A DNA stretch of 64,000 nt, taken from NCBI GenBank assembly GCA_002404755.1, contig DHKI01000003.1, positions 9,471 through 73,470 of the forward strand, given 5' to 3'. The translations under genes and the position numbers were made by a program. Shown piece after piece: positions 1-9,778 of the stretch. Position 1 is the first letter of the stretch; the number at the start of each line of letters is the position of its first letter. This stretch comes from Clostridiales bacterium UBA4698 (lineage in GTDB: Bacteria; Bacillota; Clostridia; TANB77; UBA1234). The notes under the pieces were generated by a model that made no database searches, was not told where the DNA came from, and saw nothing but the letters and a program-made list of their open reading frames with translations.

Positions 1-84
1 CACCTTTCAAAAATAATCCTGATGATATTTCTATTATACCATAAATATGTAATTTGCAATAGCTTTTTTACTCCAATTGCCATC

Positions 85-3000
85 TTACATTGTAAATAAG
101 CTCATTTGATTACTTTGCATCATTCCTTTTAAGCAACCTGCTTTTTCTAGTAGCTCTACTGTTGACTTGCCTATTCCACCTCTTATTTTTAATTCTTCTA
201 CTGATGTGAATTTTCCATCGACTTCTCTTGCTCTTTGGATATTCTCTGCTGCAACAGTTCCAAGGCCTCCTATACTGTTTAGTGGTGGTCTTATTTGATT
301 GCCCTCTATTTTAAATTTCTTTGCATCTGATTCGTATAAATCTATTGGCAAGAAGCTAAATCCTCTTTCATACATCTCTAAAACTAATTCTAATATCGAG
401 TACATATTCTTGTCTTTTGTTGATGCTGCATTGCCTTGTATATCTATTTCACGCATTTTGTTTATAACTTTTTCTTTTCCATATATCATGCAATTGCTAT
501 CAAATTCATCGGCTCTTATTGAATAGAATGCAGCATAGTAAGCAAGTGGAATATGCACTTTAAACCACGCAATCCTAAATGCCATCGTTACATAGGCAGC
601 AGCATGGGCTTTAGGGAACATATATTTAATCTTTTTACAAGATGCTATGTACCAATCAGGAACATTATTTTCTCTCATAAGTGTTTCTTGCTCTTCTGAT
701 AATCCTTTTCCTTTACGAACTGATTCCATTATCTTAAATGAAGGTTTTGGTGGCAAACCTTGTTTTATTAAGTAAAGCATTATATCATCTCTTGTACATA
801 TCGCGTCTTCCAATTTTATTGTTCCCTCTTCAATTAGTGTTTGAGCATTGTTTAGCCACACATCTGTACCATGAGAAAGTCCTGATATTCTAAGCAATTC
901 TTCGAAAAGTGTTGGCTTTGTATCTACTAGCATTCCACGAACAAATTTTGTACCAAACTCTGGCACGCCATATGTTCCAACTTCTGAATGAATTTGCTCT
1001 GGCGTTACGCCAAGTGCTTCTGTCGAGCAGAATATTGACATTGTCTCTTTATCATCTAGTGGGATTTTTTGTGGATCCACACCTGTTATATCCTGAAGCA
1101 TTCTTATCATTGTAGGGTCATCATGACCTAGTATATCAAGTTTCAATAAGTTCTGGTCTATTGAGTGGTAATCGAAGTGTGTTGTTCTTATATCTGTATC
1201 AGGGTCATCTGCCGGGTGCTGTACTGGGCAGAACTCATAAATTTCGTTACCCATTGGAACTACTATAATTCCACCTGGATGCTGTCCTGTTGTTCTCTTA
1301 ACACCTGTACAACCTAATGCTAGTCTTGTTATTTCTGCATTATTAACTGGTATATGTCTTTCTTCATAATATTTTTTAACATATCCAAATGCTGTTTTGT
1401 CCGCTATTGTACCTATTGTTCCTGCCTTAAATGTTGTTCCTTTACCGAATATAACCTCTGTGTATCTATGTGCTTTTGCTTGATACTCACCAGAGAAGTT
1501 AAGGTCTATATCAGGCTCTTTATCTCCATCAAATCCCAAGAATGTTTCAAACGGGATATCCATACCATCTTTAGCTAATTTTTCACCACAATTTGGACAA
1601 GTCTTATCTGGTAAATCGAATCCATTTTTTATTCCATAGTCAGTGAAATCTGAATACTTACACTTTGGACATCTATAATGTGGTGGAAGTGAATTAACTT
1701 CTGTTATTCCTGTCATATTAGCAACAAATGATGAACCAACACTACCTCTTGAACCAACCAAGTATCCATCTTCATTTGATTTAGCAACTAGCTTCTGCGC
1801 AATAATGTACATAACGGAGAAACCATTTTTTATAATAGATTCAAGCTCTTTATCTATTCTGGCCTTTACTATCTCTGGAAGCGGATCTCCATACAATTCT
1901 ACTGCTCTTTTCATTGTTATATTTCTAATCATGTCTTCGCATCCATCGATGTGAGGAGTAGCTTTATAGTCGGCTATTGGACTAATTTTTTCGCACATAT
2001 CTGCAACTTTATTTGTATTTGTAACAACAACTTCGTAGGCTTTTTCTTCGCCTAAATAATCAAATTCCTTTAGCATTTCTTCTGTTGTTCTTAAATATAA
2101 AGGTGGTTGTTCATCCGCATCTTCGTACCCCTGTCCTGCTTGCAAAATTCTTCTATATATTTCATCTTCAGGATCCATAAAATGCACATCACATGTTGCA
2201 ACACATGGTTTTCCTTGCTTGTCTGCTAAATCTACAATTCTCTTATTAAAATCTTTTAAAACATCAACCCCTGTAACAGTACCATTTCTAACCATAAACA
2301 TGTTATTACCTAATGGCTGAATTTCTAAATAATCATAAAAATCTGCAATTGCTTCGATTTCTTCTTCAGGTTTATCTTCAACAATTGCTCTATATAGTTC
2401 CCCTTGTTCACACGCACTACCTATTATTAAGCCTTCTGAATATTGTTTGTATATACTTTTTAGTATTTTAGGCTTTTTATAAAAATAGTCCAAATGTGAT
2501 ATTGAAATCAACTTATATAAATTTTTAAGACCAACTTTATTTGTAGCAAGTATTATAGCATGGTATGATGGCAATGTTTTAAAATTTATGCCTTCTGATA
2601 ATTTATCGTCGACTTCGTTTAATGTATGTATTTCCTTTTCTGTAAGCATTTTAAGCATCACATTAAAAACTTTTACAAGTGTATCAACATCAGCTAGTGC
2701 TCTATGTGCAACATCAACTTCTATATTTAAATTTTCAGCTATAATTCCCAATTTATACTTTTTAAAGTTAGGAAATAACTCTTTTGCAAGTGCAAGTGTA
2801 TCAACATATGTGTTATTAAACTCTAATCCTAATTTTTCTGCATTATACTTTATAAATCCAACATCAAAATCAGCATTATGTGCAACAATTACAGAATCGC
2901 CAACAAACTCTAATACTTTTGGCAAAACTTTGTCTATTGTTTCGGCATCTTTTACCATGTCATCTGTGATATTAGTTACCTCTACAACTCTTGGTGGTAT

Positions 3001-4278
3001 TGGCTTTTCAGGATTTACAAAACATTCAAAAGTATCAATAACTTCACCATTCTTTACTTTCATAATACCAAACTCTGTTATTTTTTCTGTCTGCTTTGAA
3101 AGTCCTGTTGTTTCAATATCTAGTACAGAATAAACAATGTCATCTATATTTTGGTTTTTACCGTTATTTACCGAAGTAAGTCTATCAGGTACTAAGTATG
3201 CCTCAACACCATAAATAATTTTAATATCTGAATCTTTTGTAGCTTTTTTAGCCTCAGGGAATGCTTGTACAACGCCATGGTCTGTAACTGCAATTGCCTT
3301 GTGTCCCCATTTAATCGCTCTTTTAATAAGGTCAGTTGCAGAAGTCATTCCATCCATTGTACTCATTTGTGTATGCATATGAAGCTCAACACGCTTCTCT
3401 TCCGAATTATCCATTCTAATGTGTTCTTCAATCGTTGTCTCTTCAAGCGAATCTGCTATAACGCCAAACTCTTTTGAAAAAGTATTATACTCATATGTTC
3501 CAACAAGTCTAACGGCTTTGACAGATTTCATTTTAGGATTAACCTCAGAAAATTCATTAGCCTTCAAAAACGCCTTGACATTTATAGAACTAGTACCATC
3601 ATAGATATCAAAAGATATTAAGAAACCACCATTTTTTGTTTCTCTGCTATCATAATTACTAATCTTACCTTTTATGATTACACCTGGCTGTTCTGGTGAT
3701 AGATTTATTATCTTAACATCCTTTGGATCTTTTGTATCTCTATAGCCTTTGTAAATAAGATTTTCTTCGTTTTCTATATATGCCATTGAACGCTTTCTAG
3801 GAGCTCTCTTTTCTCCTTGATTCTCTGCATTTTGATTATTGCTCCAATTTTGTTGTGGCACGAAATTTTGTTTTGTATTATCTGTATTTTGCTTAGGTGC
3901 AAAACCCATCTTCATGTTTGGTACATCTTGCTTTACCTCTTTAGGTGGATTCTTTGCATGCTCTTCAGCAAGTTTTGCATTCTCAGCCAAAATATTTTTT
4001 ATAATTGTCTCTTCCTTGTTTTCACGTGGCTCAATTTTATCAGGCTCAAGAAAAGCAACGCTATATGCCTTACCTGTTGTATTATGCAAAAATTCACTAA
4101 TAGTTTTATTAGCATTTTTTTGCTCCAACATAAACTTACCTTTTGATTTAAGCATAACATTTATATTATCGTTTTCGACACTAATTTCACTACCCATAAG
4201 CATTGCTCTAAGTGATATATATTTTTTAGAGAAGAAATCAATTACTTCTCCCCAATCAACTTCATTATTATCCATCAT
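85..4278 (-). CDS. polC: DNA polymerase III alpha subunit, PolC type
   Basis: 1397-aa ORF. PHP motif ELHMHT; inserted DEDD exonuclease (VLDIETTGL, AHNADFDVGF); Zn finger CPKC..CPNC. GGAGGA RBS upstream. Confidence 0.97.
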   Translation of the reverse strand: MMDNNEVDWGEVIDFFSKKYISLRAMLMGSEISVENDNINVMLKSKGKFMLEQKNANKTISEFLHNTTGKAYSVAFLEPDKIEPRENKEETIIKNILAENAKLAEEHAKNPPKEVKQDVPNMKMGFAPKQNTDNTKQNFVPQQNWSNNQNAENQGEKRAPRKRSMAYIENEENLIYKGYRDTKDPKDVKIINLSPEQPGVIIKGKISNYDSRETKNGGFLISFDIYDGTSSINVKAFLKANEFSEVNPKMKSVKAVRLVGTYEYNTFSKEFGVIADSLEETTIEEHIRMDNSEEKRVELHMHTQMSTMDGMTSATDLIKRAIKWGHKAIAVTDHGVVQAFPEAKKATKDSDIKIIYGVEAYLVPDRLTSVNNGKNQNIDDIVYSVLDIETTGLSKQTEKITEFGIMKVKNGEVIDTFECFVNPEKPIPPRVVEVTNITDDMVKDAETIDKVLPKVLEFVGDSVIVAHNADFDVGFIKYNAEKLGLEFNNTYVDTLALAKELFPNFKKYKLGIIAENLNIEVDVAHRALADVDTLVKVFNVMLKMLTEKEIHTLNEVDDKLSEGINFKTLPSYHAIILATNKVGLKNLYKLISISHLDYFYKKPKILKSIYKQYSEGLIIGSACEQGELYRAIVEDKPEEEIEAIADFYDYLEIQPLGNNMFMVRNGTVTGVDVLKDFNKRIVDLADKQGKPCVATCDVHFMDPEDEIYRRILQAGQGYEDADEQPPLYLRTTEEMLKEFDYLGEEKAYEVVVTNTNKVADMCEKISPIADYKATPHIDGCEDMIRNITMKRAVELYGDPLPEIVKARIDKELESIIKNGFSVMYIIAQKLVAKSNEDGYLVGSRGSVGSSFVANMTGITEVNSLPPHYRCPKCKYSDFTDYGIKNGFDLPDKTCPNCGEKLAKDGMDIPFETFLGFDGDKEPDIDLNFSGEYQAKAHRYTEVIFGKGTTFKAGTIGTIADKTAFGYVKKYYEERHIPVNNAEITRLALGCTGVKRTTGQHPGGIIVVPMGNEIYEFCPVQHPADDPDTDIRTTHFDYHSIDQNLLKLDILGHDDPTMIRMLQDITGVDPQKIPLDDKETMSIFCSTEALGVTPEQIHSEVGTYGVPEFGTKFVRGMLVDTKPTLFEELLRISGLSHGTDVWLNNAQTLIEEGTIKLEDAICTRDDIMLYLIKQGLPPKPSFKIMESVRKGKGLSEEQETLMRENNVPDWYIASCKKIKYMFPKAHAAAYVTMAFRIAWFKVHIPLAYYAAFYSIRADEFDSNCMIYGKEKVINKMREIDIQGNAASTKDKNMYSILELVLEMYERGFSFLPIDLYESDAKKFKIEGNQIRPPLNSIGGLGTVAAENIQRAREVDGKFTSVEELKIRGGIGKSTVELLEKAGCLKGMMQSNQMSLFTM

Positions 4279-4383
4279 TTAAGTCCTCCAAAAAATATTT
4301 CATATAAATATTACCACAATAATCAAAATATACAAAGGTAAAAATTTGAAAAAACGACAAATATTTTGGAGGTAATATTAGTA

Positions 4384-4606
4384 TTGATGCTATTCAAATT
4401 TATATATGTTCGAGTAAAAAGAATTTCATTTTTAAGGCGAGTTCTTCGCTTAGCAATATGTGATGTTCTTAGCATAAAGTTTTGTCTTTTGTAGTCTTAT
4501 GTCTTGTTCATGCTAAAGAACATCCATAGTGCTTGGCGAAGCTGTTTGAAATCTAAAAATGAAAACTTTTTGCGAAGATAAAATATATAAATTTGAATGG
4601 CGTTGA
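4384..4606 (+). ncRNA. Candidate structured RNA: about 223-nt imperfect hairpin with 6S-RNA-like layout (closing stem, 9x12-nt internal loop, GC-richer apical stem, 34-nt U/G-rich loop)
   Basis: Perfect 15-bp stem 4393-4407/4583-4597. It extends 9 more pairs outward (4384-4392/4598-4606), four of them G-U wobbles valid only on the + strand. TAATAT at 4373-4378 lies about 7 nt upstream of the stem base. No ORF. Confidence 0.45.
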
Positions 4607-4614
4607 AATTTCGG

Positions 4615-4643
4615 TTGACTTTTTATGTTAAGTATGCTACAAT
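4615..4643 (+). promoter_or_regulatory. Near-consensus sigma-A promoter (TTGACT-17-TGcTACAAT)
   Basis: -35 TTGACT at 4615-4620, 17-nt spacer, extended -10 TGnTACAAT ending at 4643. Confidence 0.6.
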
Positions 4644-4649
4644 AATAGA

Positions 4650-4875
4650 AATACATACATAAGGTATATCTTACCTGATACTGATGAGCGTATCCTCACA
4701 GATATCGATTTATTGGTAATCTTACCTAGGAGAAAATTCCGGTGATGGTTTTAGATGCCGCGGTTGTATACTTGATTGGTGTATTAATAATCATAGAGGA
4801 GGCAGTATGGAAGTAGTTATGTAGAAGGCACGTACCGATTGTTATTTTGGTATGTGTCTTCTATTTTTATTTTTT
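4650..4875 (+). ncRNA. Candidate stand-alone sRNA (about 220 nt) of unknown family
   Basis: Consensus promoter upstream and a strong intrinsic terminator at the 3' end. The next gene (prfB) is convergent, so no + strand gene follows. Two near-identical hairpins, GGTATATCTTACC and GGTAATCTTACC. Only a 5-codon mini-ORF (4807-4824). Confidence 0.5.
4823..4875 (+). terminator. Rho-independent terminator of the sRNA candidate
   Basis: 14-bp stem AGAAGGCACGTACC / GGTATGTGTCTTCT followed by ATTTTTATTTTTT. Confidence 0.75.
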
Positions 4876-4890
4876 ATTACATAAAAATAG

Positions 4891-4927
4891 AAACACCCCT
4901 TGCTAAAATTTATAGCAAGAAGTGTTT
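4891..4927 (-). terminator. Terminator downstream of prfB
   Basis: Hairpin AAACAC..CTTGCTA-loop-TAGCAAG..GTGTTT, followed on the minus strand by CTATTTTT. Confidence 0.6.
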
Positions 4928-5029
4928 GCTTTTGATTAAAACACTTTTATGATTATTAATTTTCAGTTTCATGTATTGTTCATTTGCAAAAAGTTTATAC
5001 CTATCATTATCACCAATATAAAAAACATT

Positions 5030-6134
5030 TTACTTTATTAAAGATTTCAAATAAGCGTTTATAAATTCATTTATTTCTCCATTCATTACAGCTTCCACAT
5101 TTCCTGTTTCATAATTTGTTCTGTGGTCTTTTACCATTGTATACGGACAAAATACATATGAACGAATTTGGCTTCCCCAAGCAATTTCTCTTTGAACTCC
5201 CTTTAAATCTTCTATCTTTTCTTTATTTTCTCTCTCCTTTAATTCTAGAAGTTTAGATTTTAACATCTTCATTGCTGTTTCTCTATTTTGTATTTGCGAA
5301 CGTTGAGTCTGACAAGAAACAACTATATTTGTTGGTATATGAGTTATTCTTATCGCAGATTCTGTTTTATTTACATGTTGTCCACCAGCCCCACTTGAAC
5401 GATAAGTATCTACTCTTAAATCCTCAGGATTTATTATAACTTCTACATCATCTGAAATCTCAGGTATTACCTCGACCGATGCAAAAGATGTATGTCTTCT
5501 ACCAGCAGAATCAAAAGGAGAAATTCTTACTAATCTATGTACGCCACTTTCTCCTTTTAAATAACCATAGCTATTTTCACCAGAAACGCTAAAAGTAACG
5601 CTCTTTAAACCTGCACCATCACCTTCTAAATAATCAAGTTCTTCTAACTTGTAATCGTTTTTTTCAGCCCACATAGAATACATTCTATAAAGCATCTCTG
5701 CCCAATCTTGTGCCTCAGTTCCACCTGCACCTGGATGAATTGTAATTATTGCATTATCCTTATCATGTTTTCCTGAAAGTAAACTTTCAACTTCTAGATT
5801 ATCTATTTTTTTAGATAATTTCTTCACATTGCCTTTTACTTCTGGAACAACACTCTCGTCATTTGCTTCATTGCCAAGTTCAATAAGAACCATTGTATCA
5901 GAAAGCATATTATATATCTCTTCAAATTTTGTTACACTATTTTTTAATGTTTTTATTTCTTGTAATACTTTAGTTGACTTTTCTGTATCTTGCCAAAAAT
6001 CGTTGTCCTTTGTCTCTTCTTCTAGTTCGGCGATTTTATTTTTCTTACCATCGATGTCAAAGAGAATCCCTCAATTCATTTAATTTTTTCTCATATTCTT
6101 TAAGCGTTAGATTTGCTTCTTCTAACTCTAGCAT
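5030..6134 (-). CDS. prfB: Peptide chain release factor 2, requires programmed +1 frameshift
   Basis: ORF0 MLELEEANLTLKEYEKKLNELRDSL-TGA (6134..6057). The +1 frame continues DIDGKKNKIAELEE... into the 5030..5908 ORF. SPF (RISPFDS) and GGQ (SGAGGQHVNKT) motifs present. Confidence 0.95.
6056..6062 (-). promoter_or_regulatory. Canonical RF2 autoregulatory +1 frameshift site CTT TGA C
   Basis: Minus strand reads ..AGGGATTCT CTT TGA C.., with an SD-like AGGGA a few nt upstream. Confidence 0.9.
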
Positions 6135-6224
6135 TAAATCACATCCTTCTAAACATTGTCTATTTATTATATTACAAATTGCCAAATGTTGCAATCTCAT
6201 ATATTTATTCATCTATCAAAACAT

Positions 6225-6266
6225 AAAAAGCATGATGTAGAGAAATTTCTCTATATCATGCTTTTT
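6225..6266 (-). terminator. Terminator of the 118-aa islet gene
   Basis: Long hairpin AAAAAGCATGAT..ATCATGCTTTTT with flanking T-run, immediately 3' of the stop at 6281. Confidence 0.7.
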
Positions 6267-6280
6267 ATATTAGGGGTTGA

Positions 6281-6637
6281 CTACCTGCAACTCTCGACTA
6301 TTTCTTTTAGCCCTACCAGTGAATAATAAGACCAAGTGGGAATATTCTCATCTAACTTTAAGGTTCTTTGCCGCCTGAAAGCCTCTTGTAGTGCTGCGAA
6401 GCGACGTTCTGATAATCGCTGCCACTCCATTATATTTTGGACGAACTCGTATATGTCCCAATTATACACGGATCCGTCGGCTGCCCTAACGGTTAAGTAC
6501 AAATTTGCTGGAATAAGATATCCGGTTCCATCTTCAGTTTCAACCGCATTTACTGGAATAACACCGTTGCAGATGTCACTCTTAGAGAGACGTCTACCTT
6601 TAACCCAATTTAACCGTAAAAAAATAACTTCCATCAT
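6281..6637 (-). CDS. Hypothetical 118-aa protein on a GC-rich islet
   Basis: GGAGG RBS 8 nt before the ATG, with its own promoter and terminator. 31/60 GC at 6361-6420 against about 25-30% in the flanks. Two in-frame CGG codons. No recognisable motif. Confidence 0.6.
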   Translation of the reverse strand: MMEVIFLRLNWVKGRRLSKSDICNGVIPVNAVETEDGTGYLIPANLYLTVRAADGSVYNWDIYEFVQNIMEWQRLSERRFAALQEAFRRQRTLKLDENIPTWSYYSLVGLKEIVESCR

Positions 6638-6698
6638 TGTGGAGTCCTCCTATAAAAAAGTTTTTTTATATTTTATAAACTTATCGTTTACGGTGTAA

Positions 6699-6726
6699 AT
6701 TATATCACGTCAACATAAAAAGTCAA
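6699..6726 (-). promoter_or_regulatory. Near-consensus sigma-A promoter for the 118-aa gene (TTGACT-16-TGaTATAAT)
   Basis: Reverse complement of 6699-6726 reads TTGACTttttatgttgacgTGaTATAAT. Confidence 0.6.
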
Positions 6727-6791
6727 TATTTTTTGTAATTTTTGTACATAGCGATAGTAATAATAGCATTTTAGCTTGATTTAAACACAAA

Positions 6792-6822
6792 AATAGAGTA
6801 TACCCATCTGATATACTCTATT
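6792..6822 (-). terminator. Terminator downstream of secA
   Basis: AATAGAGTATA-loop-TATACTCTATT, followed on the minus strand by TTTTGTGTTT. Confidence 0.7.
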
Positions 6823-6839
6823 TATTAATTGTTTTGGTT

Positions 6840-9569
6840 TTATGCGTTTTTGCCACAACATTGCTTATACTTTTTACCGCTTCCACATGGACAAGGGTCA
6901 TTTCTTCCTACTTTTTCTGACTTATTTGTTTTTGGTTGTGGTTTTTCTGGTCCTCCAGCTTGTTGTGCTGCTTGCATGTTCATCACCATATTTCTAATTA
7001 GGTTTACTCTTTCTACTTTTTCTCTTGGTACTAAATGCAACATTGTTTTCACAACAGTTTCGTCTATGCTTGATGTCATTTCATTAAAGTAATCATAGCT
7101 CTCTCTTTGGAATTCTACAACTGGATCCTTTTGTGCATATCCTTGTAATCTTACGCTTTCCTTTAATTGTTCCATTGCATCTAGATAATCAATCCATTTT
7201 TCATCAACAGTTCTTAAAACTACAATTCTTTCTAATTCTCTTACTCTATCGCCAAGTTCCTTTTCTTTCTCTTCGTATTTTTCCTTAGCTAATTCTAATA
7301 CTTTCTCTTTTATTACTTCTGAATCTCTTTCTTCTCCAACTTTATATTCTACTGTAAATGTTGTCTCTAAGTAATTTTCAAAAGCTTCTGTATTTACTGT
7401 TGAACTATCATAAACATTAAAGTATGAGTCAACAACTTCTTCAACAGTTCTCTTCAACATATTCATTATGTTGTCTCTTAAGTTTTCGCCTTCTAATACT
7501 TTTCTTCTCTCATCATAGATTATATGTCTTTGTTCATTCATTATATTGTCATATTGAAGGACATTCTTTCTGGCTTGATAATGTATAGATTCAATATTTT
7601 TTTGAGCTCTTTGTATTGCACTAGTAAGCATTCCCATTTCAAGTGGCATATCTTCTGGCATATTCATAGCACTTGCAAGCGTTTGTATTCTTTCACCACC
7701 AAATAATTTCATCAAATCATCTTCAAGTGAAATATAAAATCTTGATTCACCAACGTCACCTTGACGACCACTACGTCCTCTAAGCTGATTATCTATTCTT
7801 CTTGAATCGTGTCTTTCAGTACCTATGATTTTTAAACCACCTGCATTTATTACTTTTTCTCTGTCTTCCTTTACGTTTTTATCTAGCTTATCATATATTT
7901 CTTTATACTCTCTTCTAACTGCTAAAATATCTTCATCATCTGTCTCATTTAAACTTATGGCATTCATGATAACATCTTCTGTATATCCACGTTTTTTCAA
8001 TTCATGTTTTGCAAGTGCTTCTGTATTACCACCAAGCATTATATCTGTACCTCTACCTGCCATGTTTGTAGCTATTGTAACAGCACCAAACTTACCTGCT
8101 TGTGCAACAATTTCAGCTTCTTTCTCGTGATATTTAGCATTTAACACTTCATGCTTTATTCCTTCTTTTTTTAGCATGTCGCTTAGTTCTTCAGATTTTT
8201 CTATGTTTGTAGTTCCAACTAGCACTGGTTGTCCTTTTTCGTTACTAGCTCTAATATCCTTTACAACTTCACGAAGTTTTGCTCTTCTAGTTCTATATAC
8301 TAAGTCGTTTTTGTCATCTCTTATCATAGGTCTGTTAGTTGGAATTTCAACAACATCTAGCCCATATATCTCTCTAAATTCCTCTTCTTCTGTAAGAGCT
8401 GTACCTGTCATACCACAAAGCTTATTGTATAGCTTGAAGTAATTTTGGAAAGTGATTGTTGCAAGTGTTTTATTCTCATTTGCAACTTTTACGTTTTCTT
8501 TAGCTTCTATAGCTTGGTGTAATCCTTCGCTATATCTTCTTCCATACATTATTCTTCCTGTATGCTCATCGACTATTAAAACCTCTCCATCTTTGACAAT
8601 ATAATCTACATCTCTCTTCATTACACCATTTGCGGCTAATGCTTTATTTATATGATGAAGTAGTGTCATATTATCCAAATCTGATAAGTTCTCAACACCG
8701 AAGTATTTCTCAGCCTTCTTTGTACCAGTACTTGTTAATGTAGCTCTTCTTGTTTTCAAATCTACAATATAGTCATATTGCATATCTTCTTCAGATTCTT
8801 CTTCTTTGTTATCGTCTTTAGTTATTACTTTAGCTTTCAAGCCCTTTACAAATTTATCCGCTGTTTTATATAATTCATTAGCCTTATCTGATGGTCCTGA
8901 AATAATAAGCGGTGTACGAGCTTCATCAATTAAAATACTATCTATCTCATCGACAATCGCATAATTTAACTCTCTTTGAACCATTTGATTTTTTTGTATA
9001 ACCATATTGTCTCTTAAGTAATCGAAACCAAATTCATTATTTGTTCCATATGTTATATCTGCAGCATATGCAGCCTTTCTATCTTCTGGAGATAAATCAT
9101 GTAATATAAGTCCTACGCTCAAACCAAGGAAATTATATAGTTTTCCCATTTCTTCTCCTTGTGTTCTAGCTAAGTAATCATTTACTGTAACTAGATGTGC
9201 ACCTTTACCTTCTAACGCATTTAAATACAATGCTAGTGAAGCTGTTAATGTTTTTCCTTCACCTGTTTTCATTTCTGCTATTCTTCCTTGATGCAAAATT
9301 ATTGCACCCATCAATTGAACATCAAAAGGTCTTTTGCCAAATACTCTTTTTGAGCCTTCTCTTGCAACCGCATATGCTTCAACTAAAATATCATTTAGTG
9401 TTTGTCCGTTTGCAAGTCTGCTTTTGAATTCATCTGTTTTTGCTCTTAGCTCTGCATCTGATAATTTTTCCATCTCTGGTTCTAATTTATTTATGTCATC
9501 TACATAATGTCTTATTTTATTAATTTCTTTCTCACTATAACTTTTAAAAAGTTTACTTAAAAAACCCAT
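6840..9569 (-). CDS. secA: Preprotein translocase ATPase SecA
   Basis: 909-aa ORF. Walker A MKTGEGKTL, DEAD-like VDEIDSILIDEARTPLIISG, C-terminal zinc motif CPCGSGKKYKQCCG. Confidence 0.97.
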   Translation of the reverse strand: MGFLSKLFKSYSEKEINKIRHYVDDINKLEPEMEKLSDAELRAKTDEFKSRLANGQTLNDILVEAYAVAREGSKRVFGKRPFDVQLMGAIILHQGRIAEMKTGEGKTLTASLALYLNALEGKGAHLVTVNDYLARTQGEEMGKLYNFLGLSVGLILHDLSPEDRKAAYAADITYGTNNEFGFDYLRDNMVIQKNQMVQRELNYAIVDEIDSILIDEARTPLIISGPSDKANELYKTADKFVKGLKAKVITKDDNKEEESEEDMQYDYIVDLKTRRATLTSTGTKKAEKYFGVENLSDLDNMTLLHHINKALAANGVMKRDVDYIVKDGEVLIVDEHTGRIMYGRRYSEGLHQAIEAKENVKVANENKTLATITFQNYFKLYNKLCGMTGTALTEEEEFREIYGLDVVEIPTNRPMIRDDKNDLVYRTRRAKLREVVKDIRASNEKGQPVLVGTTNIEKSEELSDMLKKEGIKHEVLNAKYHEKEAEIVAQAGKFGAVTIATNMAGRGTDIMLGGNTEALAKHELKKRGYTEDVIMNAISLNETDDEDILAVRREYKEIYDKLDKNVKEDREKVINAGGLKIIGTERHDSRRIDNQLRGRSGRQGDVGESRFYISLEDDLMKLFGGERIQTLASAMNMPEDMPLEMGMLTSAIQRAQKNIESIHYQARKNVLQYDNIMNEQRHIIYDERRKVLEGENLRDNIMNMLKRTVEEVVDSYFNVYDSSTVNTEAFENYLETTFTVEYKVGEERDSEVIKEKVLELAKEKYEEKEKELGDRVRELERIVVLRTVDEKWIDYLDAMEQLKESVRLQGYAQKDPVVEFQRESYDYFNEMTSSIDETVVKTMLHLVPREKVERVNLIRNMVMNMQAAQQAGGPEKPQPKTNKSEKVGRNDPCPCGSGKKYKQCCGKNA

Positions 9570-9699
9570 CTTTATCCTCCTGTAACTGAATGTTTCTCTT
9601 TATTGCCTTAGATTCTCTATAGGCTGAACAATCTCTAGCAATTAAATACTGCAAAAACAACATGAATTGCATTTTTGCTTTTATTTTTTATATAAAAAA

Positions 9700-9769
9700 G
9701 GACAACTTAAAATTTGTTAGATGAATTATCTTACCCTCTTTTTACCATCTAACAAATTTAAAGAAGTCC
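9700..9769 (-). terminator. Long-stem terminator downstream of rpoZ
   Basis: GGACAACTTAAAATTTGTTAGATG..CATCTAACAAATTTAAAGAAGTCC (14 perfect bp plus extensions), then a T-run on the minus strand. Confidence 0.7.
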
Positions 9770-9778
9770 CCTTTTTAA

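Noticed and set aside
2588-3133. Plus-strand ORFs of 60-200 aa inside long minus-strand genes. Examples: 2588..3133 in polC, 3839..4282, 7825..8130 in secA, 12959..13273 in dnaJ, 32203..32805, 38831..39268, 52675..53118.
   Set aside because: They are antisense to well-supported conserved genes, lack an RBS, and have low-complexity Ser/Phe/Leu/Ile-rich translations typical of AT-rich antisense frames.
4675-4700. CUGAUGA in the sRNA candidate as a hammerhead ribozyme core.
   Set aside because: No matching GAAA element, three-stem junction or cleavage-site context could be drawn.
4725-4775. Similarity of CCUAGGAGAAAAUUCCGGUGAUGG to guanidine-I (ykkC, CUAGGGUUCCGG) or fluoride (GGCGAUGG) riboswitch motifs.
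   Set aside because: The other conserved blocks are absent (GGUCCGAGAG and ACACGG for ykkC; correct order of the CUGAUGA element for crcB). No regulated gene follows.
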